Positions 25,530 through 38,645 are shown, counted from the first letter of the whole stretch. The stretch: 63,655 bases of DNA, filler included, from Dicyema japonicum (GCA_011109175.1; 8 parts of 8 records of this genome joined end to end with filler, not necessarily neighbours in it); one strand, 5' to 3'. Numbers and translations are program-made. Notes: generated from the letters alone by a model not told the origin.

Positions 25530-26180
25530 TTATTACCCAGGGATTACCAGGAGGCATACTTCACTGTTGACTTTAGGAGCTGATAAGACGGAAGCGCATT
25601 CTTGTGGCGGCTTTTGGTTACTTTAAGTTTCAGGAGGCCCCTTGCCAGAACGTCCTTCACGTGTTGGGAGAAAGAGAGCAAGGGGTCCATCGTCACTACC
25701 AGTAATCTTGGATGTGTCTTCATTTCTTGGTTCAATGACACGAAGAAGAGAGATATTGAACCCTTATCCATCCTTGTTGACACTAACACAGCACGGACGT
25801 CGAGGTGACATTTTTTTGTGAGACATAATTTTTCCTAATTTCAAGCTTTGTCAGGGGCCGCAGAGGCCAAGTTACATTAGATTACCAAAACTCATAATCA
25901 CTATACCTCTCAAACGGAGACCCACAAGGATCCCCATTATCTCCAACAATCTTTAACATAATCCTTAACGATTTTAAACTCCAGTTCCTCCAAACTCCAT
26001 TCTTTTGTCTTACCACGGTGATCACGTTATTGCAGCAAGACATGTAAGATTTGAAGAGACTGCTCGAACCATGCAAGAGACATTGGTTCTGAGACAAACC
26101 GTAGGGGGAACTGGACATGGGCGCTAAAATTAGACAATAACTCCTATTCTGTTCCACGGTTAATAAATTATAGTGGCGAC
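25530..26180. mobile_element. Two LINE RT fragments in opposite orientations
   Basis: Minus strand: HPRLLVVTMDPLLSFSQHV (25544-25789). Plus strand: NGDPQGSPLSPTIFNIIL (~25905-25970). Confidence 0.65.
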
Positions 26181-26267
26181 TAATAGAGAATGAATGTCCC
26201 ACCTAATGAAGTGATCCCATACCGACTATGGGAAGTCGAAATCGGCCAGGAACGAGGATCTAGAACG

Positions 26268-26412
26268 TTTTTTCATGCCGGCCTGGCATTGGGGGTCACC
26301 TCGAAAAGTGGATCACATGACGCCACTCTATTAGGAAGAGAGAGGAGGAACAGACAAGCAAACAGAAAATTTAAACCAATTAACCACGCAGCACCACATG
26401 GCGCCACGCGGC
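26268..26412 (-). mobile_element. 5' part of the SINE-like family
   Basis: Aligns to 28125-28267 and starts at the same 5' boundary (GCCGCGTGGCGCCATGTGG). Confidence 0.75.
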
Positions 26413-26559
26413 AAAATATAAAGTGATTGGCCATTGGGTGTTTCTAAAAAAAGGAGAGCTAAAATGAATAGTTAAAATAATATTATGGTGCTTTTATTAA
26501 TAAAAATTTATATTTTATTTTAATTTTTAAAATAATTATTTCAATTTATAGTTCTTATC

Positions 26560-27029
26560 ATGCACCACGTTAAATATTTTTACATAAGTATTTTATTGGG
26601 GATTCCAATTTCATATTTTTTGTTTAATCTTTACAAAAGAAGGAAAAATAAGAATGATAAGGCAAAGGAAAAAAACCTCACTTTGTCGATTCAGGAATTG
26701 AAAGAATACGATGGGATCACAAATCCCAAGATATTTGTAAGCGTAAAAGGGGTAATTTATGATGTCACATTGGAAACAAGATTTTACGGACTGGGTCTTC
26801 TTTGGAGTAATTATAGGAGCTGGTCATGCTAACTTTGCCGGCAGGGAGATCGCAAGGAACCTTGCCATTTCGAGTGTTTTGGATGAGGACATTAGAGACG
26901 CATACGATGACTTGAAGGATTTGAATTATGAACAAATGGAAAATTTAAATAAGTGGATTAAACGCTATAATGGTTTTTGGTAAATTAATTGTAGATAAAT
27001 ATTCCATCGTTGGAACTATTGCTTACTAA
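26560..27029 (+). CDS. PGRMC: MAPR/PGRMC-type cytochrome b5-like heme/steroid-binding membrane protein, 141 aa, complete
   Basis: Exons 26560-26794, 26817-26972 and 26995-27029 total 426 nt; both introns are 22-nt GT-AG. It has an N-terminal TM segment, then ELKEYDG..IFVSVKGVIYDVT..FYG..FAGRE..RNLA..YDDLKDL..W..KYSIVG, matching PGRMC1/Dap1. Confidence 0.9.
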
Positions 27030-27117
27030 TATTTTATTTTTAATAATTTTCGTAAGATAGTGGCTATCTGACTAAGGAAATATAACTTTCAGCACACTCA
27101 ACTATATTATTATTAAT

Positions 27118-27693
27118 TGTCGTATAGCATCACGTCCGGGCTGATAAGTCTTATTTATCATTCCAAAACAAATGGTTACCGAACTCTTTTGGGAGTAAAA
27201 ACGAAATTTTTAATTTTGTCCAAAAACATGTTCGACTTAGTATGGACAAAAATGGGAGACTTTGACATCGGTCCCCGATTTTTAAAGGAAAAACGAAATT
27301 TTTAATTTTGTCCAAAAACATGTTCGATATAGTATGGGACAAAAATGGGAGACCTTGACATCGTCCCCGATTTTCAGATTAATTAGAGTGAATTAAAGAA
27401 TGGATTAGGGTCTATTTGAGAAGGAGTTAAGGAATATTAGAGAGTGGATTAGGGTAAATAAAAGAATGAGTTATGTTGTATTAGAGAATGGATTAGGGTA
27501 ATTAGGAGTTAGTTTGAAATAAAAATGAGTTAGGGTGAATAAGAGAATGGCTAGGGTAAATTAAAGCATCGGTTGTTTCTATACATTCATAAAGTTTATT
27601 TTATTGACATAATCCGATGTTTTAACTCTAATTAAATTAACTTGTAATTTTTATCCATAAATTCTCTTTTTATTTTTAATATTAATATATTAA
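27118..27693. mobile_element. Second copy of the TGT..ACA TIR element, right end missing
   Basis: Collinear with 17135-17560. It has an internal ~95-nt duplication and a longer ~22-nt-period GAATGGATTAGGGT array. Confidence 0.7.
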
Positions 27694-27699
27694 TAGGAA

Positions 27700-27830
27700 A
27701 TCGGGGGAAAATTGGCCCACCGCAAGAAAGACGTGCGGGAAGCGGTCTGGCTGAGGCAAAGAATTGGTATCGCAGTTATTCGCGGAAACGCTTACTCCGT
27801 GATGTCAGCAGCCGCTCTCCCCCATAGTTA
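27700..27830 (+). mobile_element. CRE-like LINE extreme 3' end
   Basis: WLRQRIGIAVIRGNAYSVM* matches the CRE terminal motif QRLS.A.QRGNA and is followed by a TAA-rich tail. Confidence 0.7.
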
Positions 27831-27944
27831 ATAATAATATTTTATTGTTAATAATTTTTGATTTAATTTATTTACCCATTAATAAAAAATGACCCTTCCC
27901 TGAAAATAACATTTTTGGCAAAGAATTGCCTTAGTTATGACTGT

Positions 27945-28267
27945 TTTATTTATTTATTACCCCCTGATACACCGAGAAAGAAGTTAAAGTAAACAACTAA
28001 TTAAGTGTATCCAGTTTCCACTTCTACAGAAACAGACTCCATCCGGAATTAGCATAAAAGGTAAGACGTCCATTACAGGCAGTTGTGGAAACCCCTCCAG
28101 TGGAGTGGGAAAGAGCAAATGATCCTTTTTCGTGCCGGCCTGGCACTGGGCGTCACCTAGACAAGTGGATCACATGACGCCACTCTATTAGGAAGAGAGG
28201 AGGAACAGAAAAGCAAGCAGAAAACTTCAACCAATTAACCACGCAGCACCACATGGCACCACGCGGT
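27945..28267 (-). mobile_element. Most complete copy of a ~320-nt SINE-like element with (TAAA)n tail
   Basis: The 5' end ACCGCGTGG is shared with two other copies, and the 3' end reads ..GGTGTATCAGGGGGTAATAAATAAATAAA. Partial copies lie at ~10k, 17k, 26.3k, 33.9k and 56k. Confidence 0.75.
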
Positions 28268-28379
28268 AATTCCACGAAAAGCATGATTGTAAGGCTGAGG
28301 TTAATAATAATATTTTATACAATAAACTATATTATTTAAAAAAAATAAAAATACAGTTCAATTCCTTTCCCAATCTGAT

Positions 28380-29170
28380 TCATAGTTTTTATATAGGACT
28401 TCCTCAGTAATAACGGATTCAATCAGCCGACAGTCGCGGCGAATACATCCTTTCCTTGCTCAATGATCTGACTATCCTTAATGATCCGGACACCCACACA
28501 AAGACCCCGTCCCGCAGAAGGGACAGTCCAACATCCTCGGACCTGTCCCTCTGCTCTCCCTCTATGGCTGGATGTATTTCATGGAATGTTCGTTATGGTT
28601 TCTCAAGCGACCACAACCCCATTGTGTTGAGACCTAGAAGGCCTATTTGTTCACCGTGTTGTTCTACAAAGTTCAAAAATTACTTGAAAGCCGACTGGCA
28701 AGGTTTCAGGACGTATGTGGACAATAGTCTTTTGATTACTATGGTTAGTTGTACAGTAGATAAGACGGCCAAGAATTTGTCTGTTATCATTTTGAAAGCT
28801 GATAAACTATTTATACCTGTCGCCTCTTACATGAAGTTCAATCCAAGATTATCATCGCAAATTGTGTCACTCATCAAGAAACGAAATGCGCTGAAGAGAA
28901 AAGAACGCAGTAATAACTCTTTTTATCCATACGTTCACTGAATACCAAATTATCTGAGCTTATCCGAACTTACAACAGACTCAAATGGAGCCGTCTAGTT
29001 GGACGACTATATCACAAAAACTCTTGTGCCACATTTTGGAAAACACTAAGAAGGATCAATAGCCTTATCAATGAGGAGGACCGCGGAGCTGAGGCGCTAC
29101 CCGCAACGCTTCGGAACCCGCACGCAAACTCGCAAACAAGATTATGAAGTACTACGTATCGATCAGCCAT
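28380..29170 (+). mobile_element. Jockey/I-like LINE fragment (APE C-terminus)
   Basis: SPTSSDLSLCSPSMAGCISWNV..SSDHNPI..KADWQGFRTYV. Confidence 0.85.
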
Positions 29171-29214
29171 AAAAATTTTTTTCTACACTTGTTGAACGGC
29201 GCTGGCCACAATTA

Positions 29215-29970
29215 TTAAAGCACTTTCACGAAAGCCATAATGATTATAGCCCCGCATGTGCAACACTCAAAGAAACAATATTTATAGTTAGTCTTTTCCA
29301 TCTTCCTCTGTCGAATGCGAGTGATCTCAATTCGTCCAGGTCGTCCCCCGTCTTTAGATTTTTTCTCACACGATTTAAGTCTTTGTTTAGGGCTGTCGGA
29401 AGTGTCGATCTAGGTCGTCCGCGGAAGGGTTTTTCGCATCTGTCAAAGTAATCTTCCATCGCTTTGTTAGCGGGTGCGTCCGGGTTCATTCTTAGTACAT
29501 GCCCAAATAGCCTTCACCGGGCATCTATCACATCCTTGCTGATGTAAGAACACATACACTTGTTGTAGATACCAGTGGTTGATATTCTACGTGGCCACTC
29601 CATTCCGAGTAAGCTTCTTAGTTGCCTTCTATGGAACGAATCCAGTTTTGATAGTTCTTTGAAGGAACTTCCCCATGTCCCAGCGTTATACAGTAGGATC
29701 GGTTTCACAAACGCGTTGTAAAGCCTGCATCTGATGTCAATTCCAAGTCCTTTGGCCCTTAGCCATCCTTTCTTCAGTTTAGCCATTGCCGCATTTGCCA
29801 GTGTTTTCCTCCTTAGTACATCTTCAGAGTCTCCTAGTAGAGAGCCGAGCTTATTAGTACGTCTCCATCTTTCATGAGTAATATCGTCTTCTCTTTTGAT
29901 TTCCGTAATTTCAGTTTTGTTAACATTTACGCTGAGAAACCATTTCTCAAGCTCCGCAGGTGCATTTTCT
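29215..29970 (-). mobile_element. 5'-truncated RTE-clade LINE
   Basis: LGSLL..RRKTLANAAM..RLYNAFVKPILLYNAGTW..LDSFHRRQLRSLLG, then RGRPRSTLP..DRGRWK, then a 3' tail. Confidence 0.85.
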
Positions 29971-29974
29971 AGCA

Positions 29975-31526
29975 GGTGTTGGAGTGCGGTCACATCCCGT
30001 GATACAAAATCCACACAAGAACCATATTCCACCTTCTTCACCCGATGATGTTGAAAAGGCTATTAAATTGCTATGTCCCATTCGTGCTTGTGGTCCCGAC
30101 GGTATTTGCACTATTCACCTCAAACATCTTGGAGCTCAGGCACGGGCCATACTATCAAGACTCTAAAACTACTCTATCAACTACCATTCGCTACCTAATA
30201 TATGGAAAAACTCCATGATTACGCCAATCCTAAAGCCCAGAAAACCAAAAGACGTTCCCTCTTCTTACCGCCCCATCTCAATAACTTGTGTTTTATCAAA
30301 AGTACTGGAAAAGCTTGTGTTAATGCGCATCTCTCCTGTTCTACATCTACCACAGTTTCAACATGGTTTCAGGGCAGACCGTTCTACAACGACTCATTTG
30401 GGTTCTATCTCCCAGTTTATTACTGACGGCTTTAACATGAAAACACACTTACGGACGGCTTAGTATCTATCGACATACAGAAGGCCTTTGACTCTGTTCC
30501 AAGGAAACTCCTAACGCAAGAGATTTTTAACTCGAACTTACACCCAAACATCAAGCTATGGCTGGAAAACTTCTTCACTGGACGACGCGGAAGGGTCCGC
30601 ATTGACAAAACCAATTCAAAATCAAGACTACTCCCCAATGGAGTTTCGCAAGGCTCCCCTTTATCTCCTCCCTTTTCAACCTATTTTACATGACCTACCT
30701 ACCAATGACCAGGACACTATGTTTTTATCCTATGCGGACGACCTAATTATCGCTGCAAGAAATAAATCTCCTTCCATGGTTGTAGCAACTGTTCAGACAC
30801 ACCTAAACCGAATTTGTGACTGGCTATCTGCAAATACGTTATGTGTATCAGCATCCAAGTCTCAGTTCACATTATTCATAACGGACAGAAGGTTTAAAGG
30901 TGGGCTTGAGATATCCATCGGAAACACTCCCATCCCTTCTACGCGGACGCAGAAGATCCTTGGTATAGTTTTCGACTCTCTGTTGACGTTCTGAGTCACG
31001 TGGAGGAGGTGCTCGCCAAGGGTCTTTGGAAATGGAACATTCTGAACGCGATGATAAAGAAGAGCCTTTTCCTCCCGACCAACTGCATCAGCAAGGTCTA
31101 TCAACAAGTAATCATACCGACCATTGAATATGCCTGCTCCGCCTGGAGGTTTGCGATTCCTTTTTCGAGAGTGGACCGTTTGAACTCCCTCAGGCGGAGA
31201 ATTATGCACCGCACGGACATCCCCATTGGCGACCTCGTTTCTGATGAGGCAACGTTGAAAAATGGCCAGGATTTCCTACGTTTTTGCAAGGAACTGGAAA
31301 CCTATTCAAGGAAAAGGTGGCTCATGCAGAGGAATTTCGATCGGTAATAAAAAAAGTGCACGCCGATCGAATTCCTTTGCAGAAGCAAGAGAAGACGCTT
31401 CCGGAGTGCGGTTGGATCATCAGAAGACCAATTGAAGAGAGTCCGGATGTTGCTGGAAGCAGGGATCACCTAATTAGTTAGTTTTGACCTATCTTTCCTG
31501 GTGGTCTTGGGGTTAAATAAATAAAG
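29975..31526 (+). mobile_element. 5'-truncated Jockey/I-like LINE (RT domain to 3' tail) with frameshifts
   Basis: ACGPDGI, SSYRPISI, QHGFRADRSTT, DIQKAFDSV, SYADDL and KILGIVFD, ending GGGGTTAAATAAATAAA. Confidence 0.9.
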
Positions 31527-33274
31527 TAATAACGATTGCAGAATCAACTCCTTATCTAGTCTCCGGTGGCGATTATTTTTATTTTTTATTATTCCATTGG
31601 TCGGAAATTAAGTTCAATAATTTTAATTCAATTTTTAATTAAGATTGAAAAAAATTTTTATTAACAAATTTCTTCCAATACTTCTCGTAGATACCCTATT
31701 TTTCTTTAAAAACTCAAAATGTAAATTATAAACCAGAAAATGATTTTTAATATTTTTTTCAAAAAAATTCTATTTATCGGTAGAGTTATTCCCATCGATC
31801 CAGATATGTCAAAAAGAATACAGGATATTCGCGCATTTTACATCGTTTTATTTGATGGAAATCTGACAGTGAATCACGACCATCTTCAAAGAAAAAAAAT
31901 TTTGGAACCAATTCTTATCATCAATTGGACAGATGAAATCCACGATACTACTTTGGAATGACATCCGTCAAATCAAATCAACCACATTCAGTGAAACAGA
32001 CTATCGCCCCACTCGATTATTAAAAAAGTTAATTTGCTTAAGTATTACGCCTCTATAATGCACAAGGACTTTCCAAAGAGTCACTCCCTACGTAATTTAG
32101 TAAGTTTTCCTCATAACACACAGGCCATGTTGAGCATAGATATTCTTAGTTGTTACTATTTTCANNNNNNNNNNNNNNNNNNNNNNNNNNNNNNNNNNNN
32201 NNNNNNNNTTAATTAATTAANNNNNNNNNNNNNNNNNNNNNNNNNNNNNNNNNNNNNNNNNNNNCATCACAAATCTAATGATAGAGCCACATGGGTACAT
32301 AATAACGTCGGCCGTAGGACAGTCGAAGCTCCATAGGGCTCGATAAAATTCACCTCCTGGTAAGTCATTAAGTTTTATATTGACCCCTTTCAGTTCAAAT
32401 TCGTGAATTACAGAACTAATCGAGGGAATAGTTTCAGGGTAAAAAATATACGTGCTTATAACAATTCTATCAATCTGAATGGGAATTAGATCAATTAAAA
32501 AACAAAAATTCTAAACTTTAAAAATCAGCCAGAAAATCGTTACAAAGTCATCTTCCGATTGACATGGCACGACATAGGCTAAAGAAAGGTTGGATGAACG
32601 AGTTCGAATGGAAACAGATTTAGCTGATTAAACGAATTGAATTTATAATAGACAGGTCATGTCTCTACGTTGTGGGAATTTATATTCCATCACAATGTCC
32701 ACATGTGGTAATCTCCAGTTATATTCTTGCATCTTCAGATGAATCTCATCTGTTTAACAATTAGTCTGCAGGCTTAGTTTTTTCTTTTACATTAAAAAGA
32801 TATCTCCTCAATTTAATCGATAGAGTCAAAGATGAATCTCATCTGTTTAACAATTAGTCTGCAGGCTTAGTTTTTTCTTTCACATTAAAAAGATATCTCC
32901 TCAATTTAATCGATAGAGTCAAAAAGCTTGAATATTATTTTTTCTATCACTTGAACAAGATCTCTTATCTGATCAGAATCACATTCATCTCCTTTCCTTC
33001 TTTTTTTATAACTTTGTTATTTACATATGATCTGGAAACCGCCGCGCCAGATCTATCTGACTGATATTTTGGAGCGTCTGATCACATAGAACATAAATTA
33101 CATAGTTAGCCACGTGGTTGATTCGTCACACGATTGAGATGGTGGCGTATTTTTAATACACAGATGTCCACATAGATGAAAATCCTTGTCTCTCTTCTCG
33201 GACGAAGTGAAAAACTTAACAAACATAAAAAATCAGAAGTTCTGAATAAAGGAAAGACTTGTCGGATGCAGGAT

Positions 33275-33340
33275 CATAATTCGAACCTTGTCCAGACCAA
33301 AATAGGTATATTACCACCATCACTTGGCTAGCTGGGTATG
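33275..33340 (-). other. tRNA-like Pol III promoter remnant (SINE head or tRNA pseudogene)
   Basis: The minus strand has an A-box-like TAGCCAAGTGATGG and a B-box-like GGTTCGAATT about 30 nt apart, but no complete cloverleaf. Confidence 0.35.
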
Positions 33341-36300
33341 TTTTATTTATTATAAAATCGCTTGCTATAACAAACTTTGTATTTTGGGGGATATCACTAA
33401 TAAATTATTATAGAGGTGGCATATAAAATTACCACAATCTATTGTGTAATGTTTGTTGGCAGATGGTATGCTATTTTAAGTAAAATAAATCTAGAACGGT
33501 AGTTTGGTGATCGTCCCGCAGTCACTAGCAAGCAGACTACTAATTGGTAAGCAGTTGGCTCGGTTCACAAACATGTAGGAAGCCGGTTACCATCAACCGT
33601 CCAGCTGAGAGTGTTGGGTGAATCCACAAGCTTCATAGAGTAATTGGTAGTCCTGCTCTGTAAGATGATTCAGAATTATTATCATTAACCCCAGATACAC
33701 AGAGAAAGACTACTAATTGGTAAGAAGTTGGCTCGGATCACAAACATGTAGGAAGCCGGTTACCATCAACCGTCCAGCTGAGAGTGTTGGGTGAATCCAC
33801 AAGCTTCATAGAGTAATTGCTAGTCCTGCTCTGTAAGATGATTCAGAATTATTATCATTAACCCCAGATACACAGAGAAAGAAGTTAACAACTAATTAAG
33901 TGTAACCAATCCTTACTGTAATAGAGTCATTCCAATGTCACCAAGTCCATCCAGAACCAGCATAAAGACGATTCCCAATGTGGGAGTGATTTTAAACAGA
34001 TATTAATATAAAATACATAATTTATTGGGTTATAAAAATAATTAAAATAATTAATTTATGTCCAAAAATAATTCAAAAACAATAATCTGGTTATAAGTGG
34101 ACTTTCAATACAGATTCAAAGACAAAGTAATTAATGTGCTTAATTAACAGCTTCTACTATTGGGAACAATTATGCCGGGTAATTGAATTCAAAGAGTATA
34201 TGTACTTCAAACTGAAAAAAGGGAACGTATTGAGGTATATCTAAATCTACAGCTGTCAATGGAAATAGCCACTCCGTTCTCTCAGATTAATTTGATTGTT
34301 TTTGCTTGAGATATCTTAAATAATATGAAAGATAATCTTAACCTTGTTGTACAACGTAGTCATAGCAAAGGTATTTTACTTGTTATCTCAGCTTGTCTCT
34401 CTCCACATCTCCCAAAGTTCTAATAGTCTAATCTCATGCAGCAAATGCGATTGTCTTTTCCATGAGTATTGTATTGAACTGGGATAACATCACCATATGA
34501 AGCGGAAGTAGTGTAATAATTGAGTATCTGTAAAGAGGAAACATCAGAGTAGGCCTTACTAAAAGAATCCCAAATATAGAGCATCTGGTANNNNNNNNNN
34601 NNNNNNNNNNNNNNNNNNNNNNNNNNNNNNNNNNTTAATTAATTAANNNNNNNNNNNNNNNNNNNNNNNNNNNNNNNNNNNNNNNNNNNNGTCTCTTCCA
34701 GTACGATCTGTGAAATAAAAATGTAAAATAAAAACCTCGGAAATTTCTCTACAATCGACAACATTGCGGAGCAATAATAAATCGACTGCAATCATTTTTG
34801 TGATACTTGGAAATGAGTCCAAAAAGGCGGAAATAAATTCTTGACAAGTAATTTTTGTGATATCTGCACAAATTTTCGTAATAATATGACAGAATTGATT
34901 TGGGAATTTCAATCTTTTTTTAGAGTCTTGAATAACATAAAACTGTTTCTAAAAATATGAAAAAATATTAATAACATTTAATAGAGTATCTAATAGTTTA
35001 AATTTGTCAGCTTTTATTATGCTACTAAAGAAATAAACAAGGATTCTAAAGACTATCAACTAGATCTTGACGTTAGAAGTTAATATAATTNACTGTTTCT
35101 AAAAATATGAAAAAATATTAATAACATTTAATAGAGTATCTAATAGTTTGAATTTGTCAGCTTGTATTATGCTACTAAAGAAATAAACAAGGATTCTAAA
35201 GACTATCAACTAAATCTTGACGTTAGAAGTTAATATAATTGATGTGCACATTCGGTCGATTAATATTGGCATAAAATTTATAAAGACTTTCAAATCAACA
35301 AATTGAAGATTCTAAACATTTAATCGTACATCCATACTTTCAAAATTTCAAGAAAGTTTGGCTTTGTAGATAAAGATGTAAAATCTTCATAAGTTACCCT
35401 CTCGATGGCTGAGAATAATTTGGAAATTCTTTTGCACTAAATTGTTATCAATATTAAAATTACATGCGTATTCACGCTGGAAAACAGTTTAAGAGTGAGA
35501 GTAAATAGTTCTCGATCGCTTCCTAACCTCCAGTCATATGTTTCAAATTCGTATAAAAGGTAGCCTTCGACTAGATCGGTGACAAAAGGAATTGAAAATT
35601 TCCCACTTTTGAGAGAAGTGAATCCCTCTGTTAGTATTTTTATTAATGAGTAGCCAATGATTTCTCTTTCTATTTTGTTGAAAGATTTTTTATTTTTCTC
35701 ATTTGTCTTGTCCTTAAACGTAGATACGTTATAAAATGTGAAAAGTAGATGGGATTTTTCGTGAAGTCGAAGAGGCAAGCTGAATTTAATCTAAAAATAC
35801 ATTTTATAAGAATTGTTATAGCAATAAAAACAATATTGCAATAAATAAATGACAAGCAGCAATGACAGCTGTATTAATTTAGGCCATATAGCAAAGATTA
35901 AATATTTACTTCGTCGTAGAATTCCACAATTTTGAAAAAATTCTGTGCTTTTCTGAATTCTGAGTCTATAAATGGCAAAGACGGTTTCTTTAGGTATTTG
36001 TCTTTTTCAAACTGAAAATATTTAACTTTTAAATGCACCTTGTATTTTCTTAATGAGAGCATTAATTGATACGTTTTGTTATAACTAAATATAACTTACT
36101 TCCACGTTCAATATATCTTAATTTAAACATTTAAAATTACAATTATGGACACTTCTACTTCTCAGCTTTTTATAATCTGACAGGCACCTTGTATTTTCTT
36201 AATGAGAGCATTAATTGATACGTTTTGTTATAACTAAATATAACTTACTTCCACGTTCAGTATATCTTAATTTAAACATTTAAAATTACAATTATGGACA

Positions 36301-36400
36301 CTTCTACTTCTCGGCTTTTTATAATCTGACAAACAGAAAACTGACAGAATCTCAATTTAGTTAATGAAAAATATTATTACAGTTCTGTCCCGATGGTTCT

Positions 36401-36454
36401 ATCATTTTTATTGATGCACCGGGGGGTACAAGAAAGACATATCTTTTAAATTTG
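36401..36454 (+). mobile_element. Helitron/PIF1 helicase Walker A remnant
   Basis: IIFIDAPGGTRKTYLLNL versus the Helitron motif FFLDAPGGTGKT(F/Y)L. Confidence 0.6.
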
Positions 36455-37404
36455 CAATCCATAGACTACAAATAGCAGCAAAAATATTTCGTCCACAGAT
36501 TGGGAAATTTGTTTGGTAAATCAGCGTATATCAAAAAATTTCTTTGATGTTTCTCGAAGTTGGAATTTCCATTTATTATTTCCTGTGGCTCCTTATGTTT
36601 AACAACATATAAATTAAATGAATTATTGAAAAAAACAATTTATATTCCCATTACCAACTTAGTTATATCGGGCTCAATATTTGACAACGAGCTGGNNNNN
36701 NNNNNNNNNNNNNNNNNNNNNNNNNNNNNNNNNNNNNNNNNNNNNNNNNNNNNNNNNNNNNNNNNNNNNNNNNNNNNNNNNNNNNNNNNNNNNNNNNNNN
36801 NNNNNNNNNNNNNNNNNNNNNNNNNNNNNNNNNNNNNNNNNNNNNNNNNNNNNNNNNNNNNNNNNNNNNNNNNNNNNNNNNNNNNNNNNNNNNNNNNNNN
36901 NNNNNNNNNNNNNNNNNNNNNNNNNNNNNNNNNNNNNNNNNNNNNNNNNNNNNNNNNNNNNNNNNNNNNNNNNNNNNNNNNNNNNNNNNNNNNNNNNNNN
37001 NNNNNNNNNNNNNNNNNNNNNNNNNNNNNNNNNNNNNNNNNNNNNNNNNNNNNNNNNNNNNNNNNNNNNNNNNNNNNNNNNNNNNNNNNNNNNNNNNNNN
37101 NNNNNNNNNNNNNNNNNNNNNNNNNNNNNNNNNNNNNNNNNNNNNNNNNNNNNNNNNNNNNNNNNNNNNNNNNNNNNNNNNNNNNNNNNNNNNNNNNNNN
37201 NNNNNNNNNNNNNNNNNNNNNNNNNNNNNNNNNNNNNNNNNNNNNNNNNNNNNNNNNNNNNNNNNNNNNNNNNNNNNNNNNNNNNNNNNNNNNNNNNNNN
37301 NNNNNNNNNNNNNNNNNNNNNNNNNNNNNNNNNNNNNNNNNNNNNNNNNNNNNNNNNNNNNNNNNNNNNNNNNNNNNNNNNNNNNNNNNNNNNNNNNNNN
37401 NNNG

Positions 37405-38011
37405 CGTAGATAATCAGTCTGCTTGTAAGAAAATGCGGTTTCGGGACGTCGGCCAGAAATATATTGAAGAGCAAGGGGCTGAGAACTGATCCCTGAGGGA
37501 CCCCTCTTCTCAGATTCACGGCCTTCGATAACAAATTTCCACAACGAATGAACGATTTTCTCTTGCACAAGAAATCCTCAAGCCATCTGACAGTTTTCCG
37601 CCCAGCACCCGATTCCGCCACTTTCTCTAACAACCCCAAGTGTCAGACGCTGTCAAAGGCCTTGCAGACGTCCAAGCAAACCGCCGTTAGGCAAGCTTTA
37701 TGGAGTTTGGCCCGAGACAGTTCTTTCACAAGAAGTGAGAAACATTGACCGGTTGATCGACCAGGTCTAAATCCCCACTGTTCTTCCGCGAGTATATTAT
37801 TTTGCTCCACGTAAGCCGATAAACGATTGAAAATGATTCTTTCCATAATAAGGCATATTGGCCTATAGCTTTCTGCCTGCGTATTAGGTTTTCCAGGTTT
37901 TGGGATCATTTGGACGATTGTTCGTTTCCAGCCAGATGGGACGTGACCATTGTCCCAACTGGCATTATTCAATAAACCATATTCTTCTTCTGTCAGTGTT
38001 AAGAATACCAT
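37405..38011 (-). mobile_element. LINE reverse transcriptase fragment
   Basis: IPKPGKP..SYRPICL, QWGFRPGRST, LDVCKAFDSV and GVPQGSVLSPLLFNIF. Confidence 0.9.
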
Positions 38012-38084
38012 AAATAAAAATTTCGATGTCTAAAAAAAGTTTGGCTATTCCTCAATAAGCTTTTCAGAATTGGAAATTATAAAT

Positions 38085-38160
38085 AACTAGCTGGCCAGCT
38101 CGCTTCGCTCACGGCCATCTAGCTCCTGCGGAGGGCTTGAACCTCGCTTCGCTCGGTTAT
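38085..38160 (+). mobile_element. Possible Helentron/DINE-like non-autonomous terminus
   Basis: ACTAGCTGGCCAGCTCGCTTCGCTC with a second CTCGCTTCGCTCG. It resembles non-autonomous Helitron-type ends from recall only. Confidence 0.3.
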
Positions 38161-38398
38161 TTTTTATGGAAAACTTAGGAATACAATTTTTTACAAAGAC
38201 TTTTAAAATAATTTTTCAAACAAATATATTAAGAGCTAATGCTTTATTAAAGAAATCAACAATAGAGATTNAATTTTTATGACTAAAAAAATTATTTAAT
38301 TATTTATTCATTAGAATATTTAATTAATTTTATTCGACGTGTTTTTTGTTATTTGATTGTAATGGTTAATTAAAAATGGATTGATTCTTATGTCCAAT

Positions 38399-38645
38399 AT
38401 GGATTTACCCAATATACCGGTTCTGAAAACGTCGATAAAGCGAAGTGCATGATATGCGACGTCATAATAGGAAACAACTCTTTGAACCCGTCACAATTAA
38501 AAAGACATAAGGAATAAAATTACCCACAAAATGTTGACACTGTCGAAAGTCTTATTTCAAAGAGAACTAAATATTATAAATCTGGAAAACTTAGTAATTT
38601 CAGATTTAGACCAATAGATAAACCATGTCTGCTAACTTCATATGA
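38399..38645 (+). mobile_element. hAT (Buster/ZBED5-like) BED-finger remnant
   Basis: YGFT..AKCMICDVIIGNNSLNPSQLKRH matches YGF..C.IC..L.N.SM.P.KL.RH. Confidence 0.7.
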
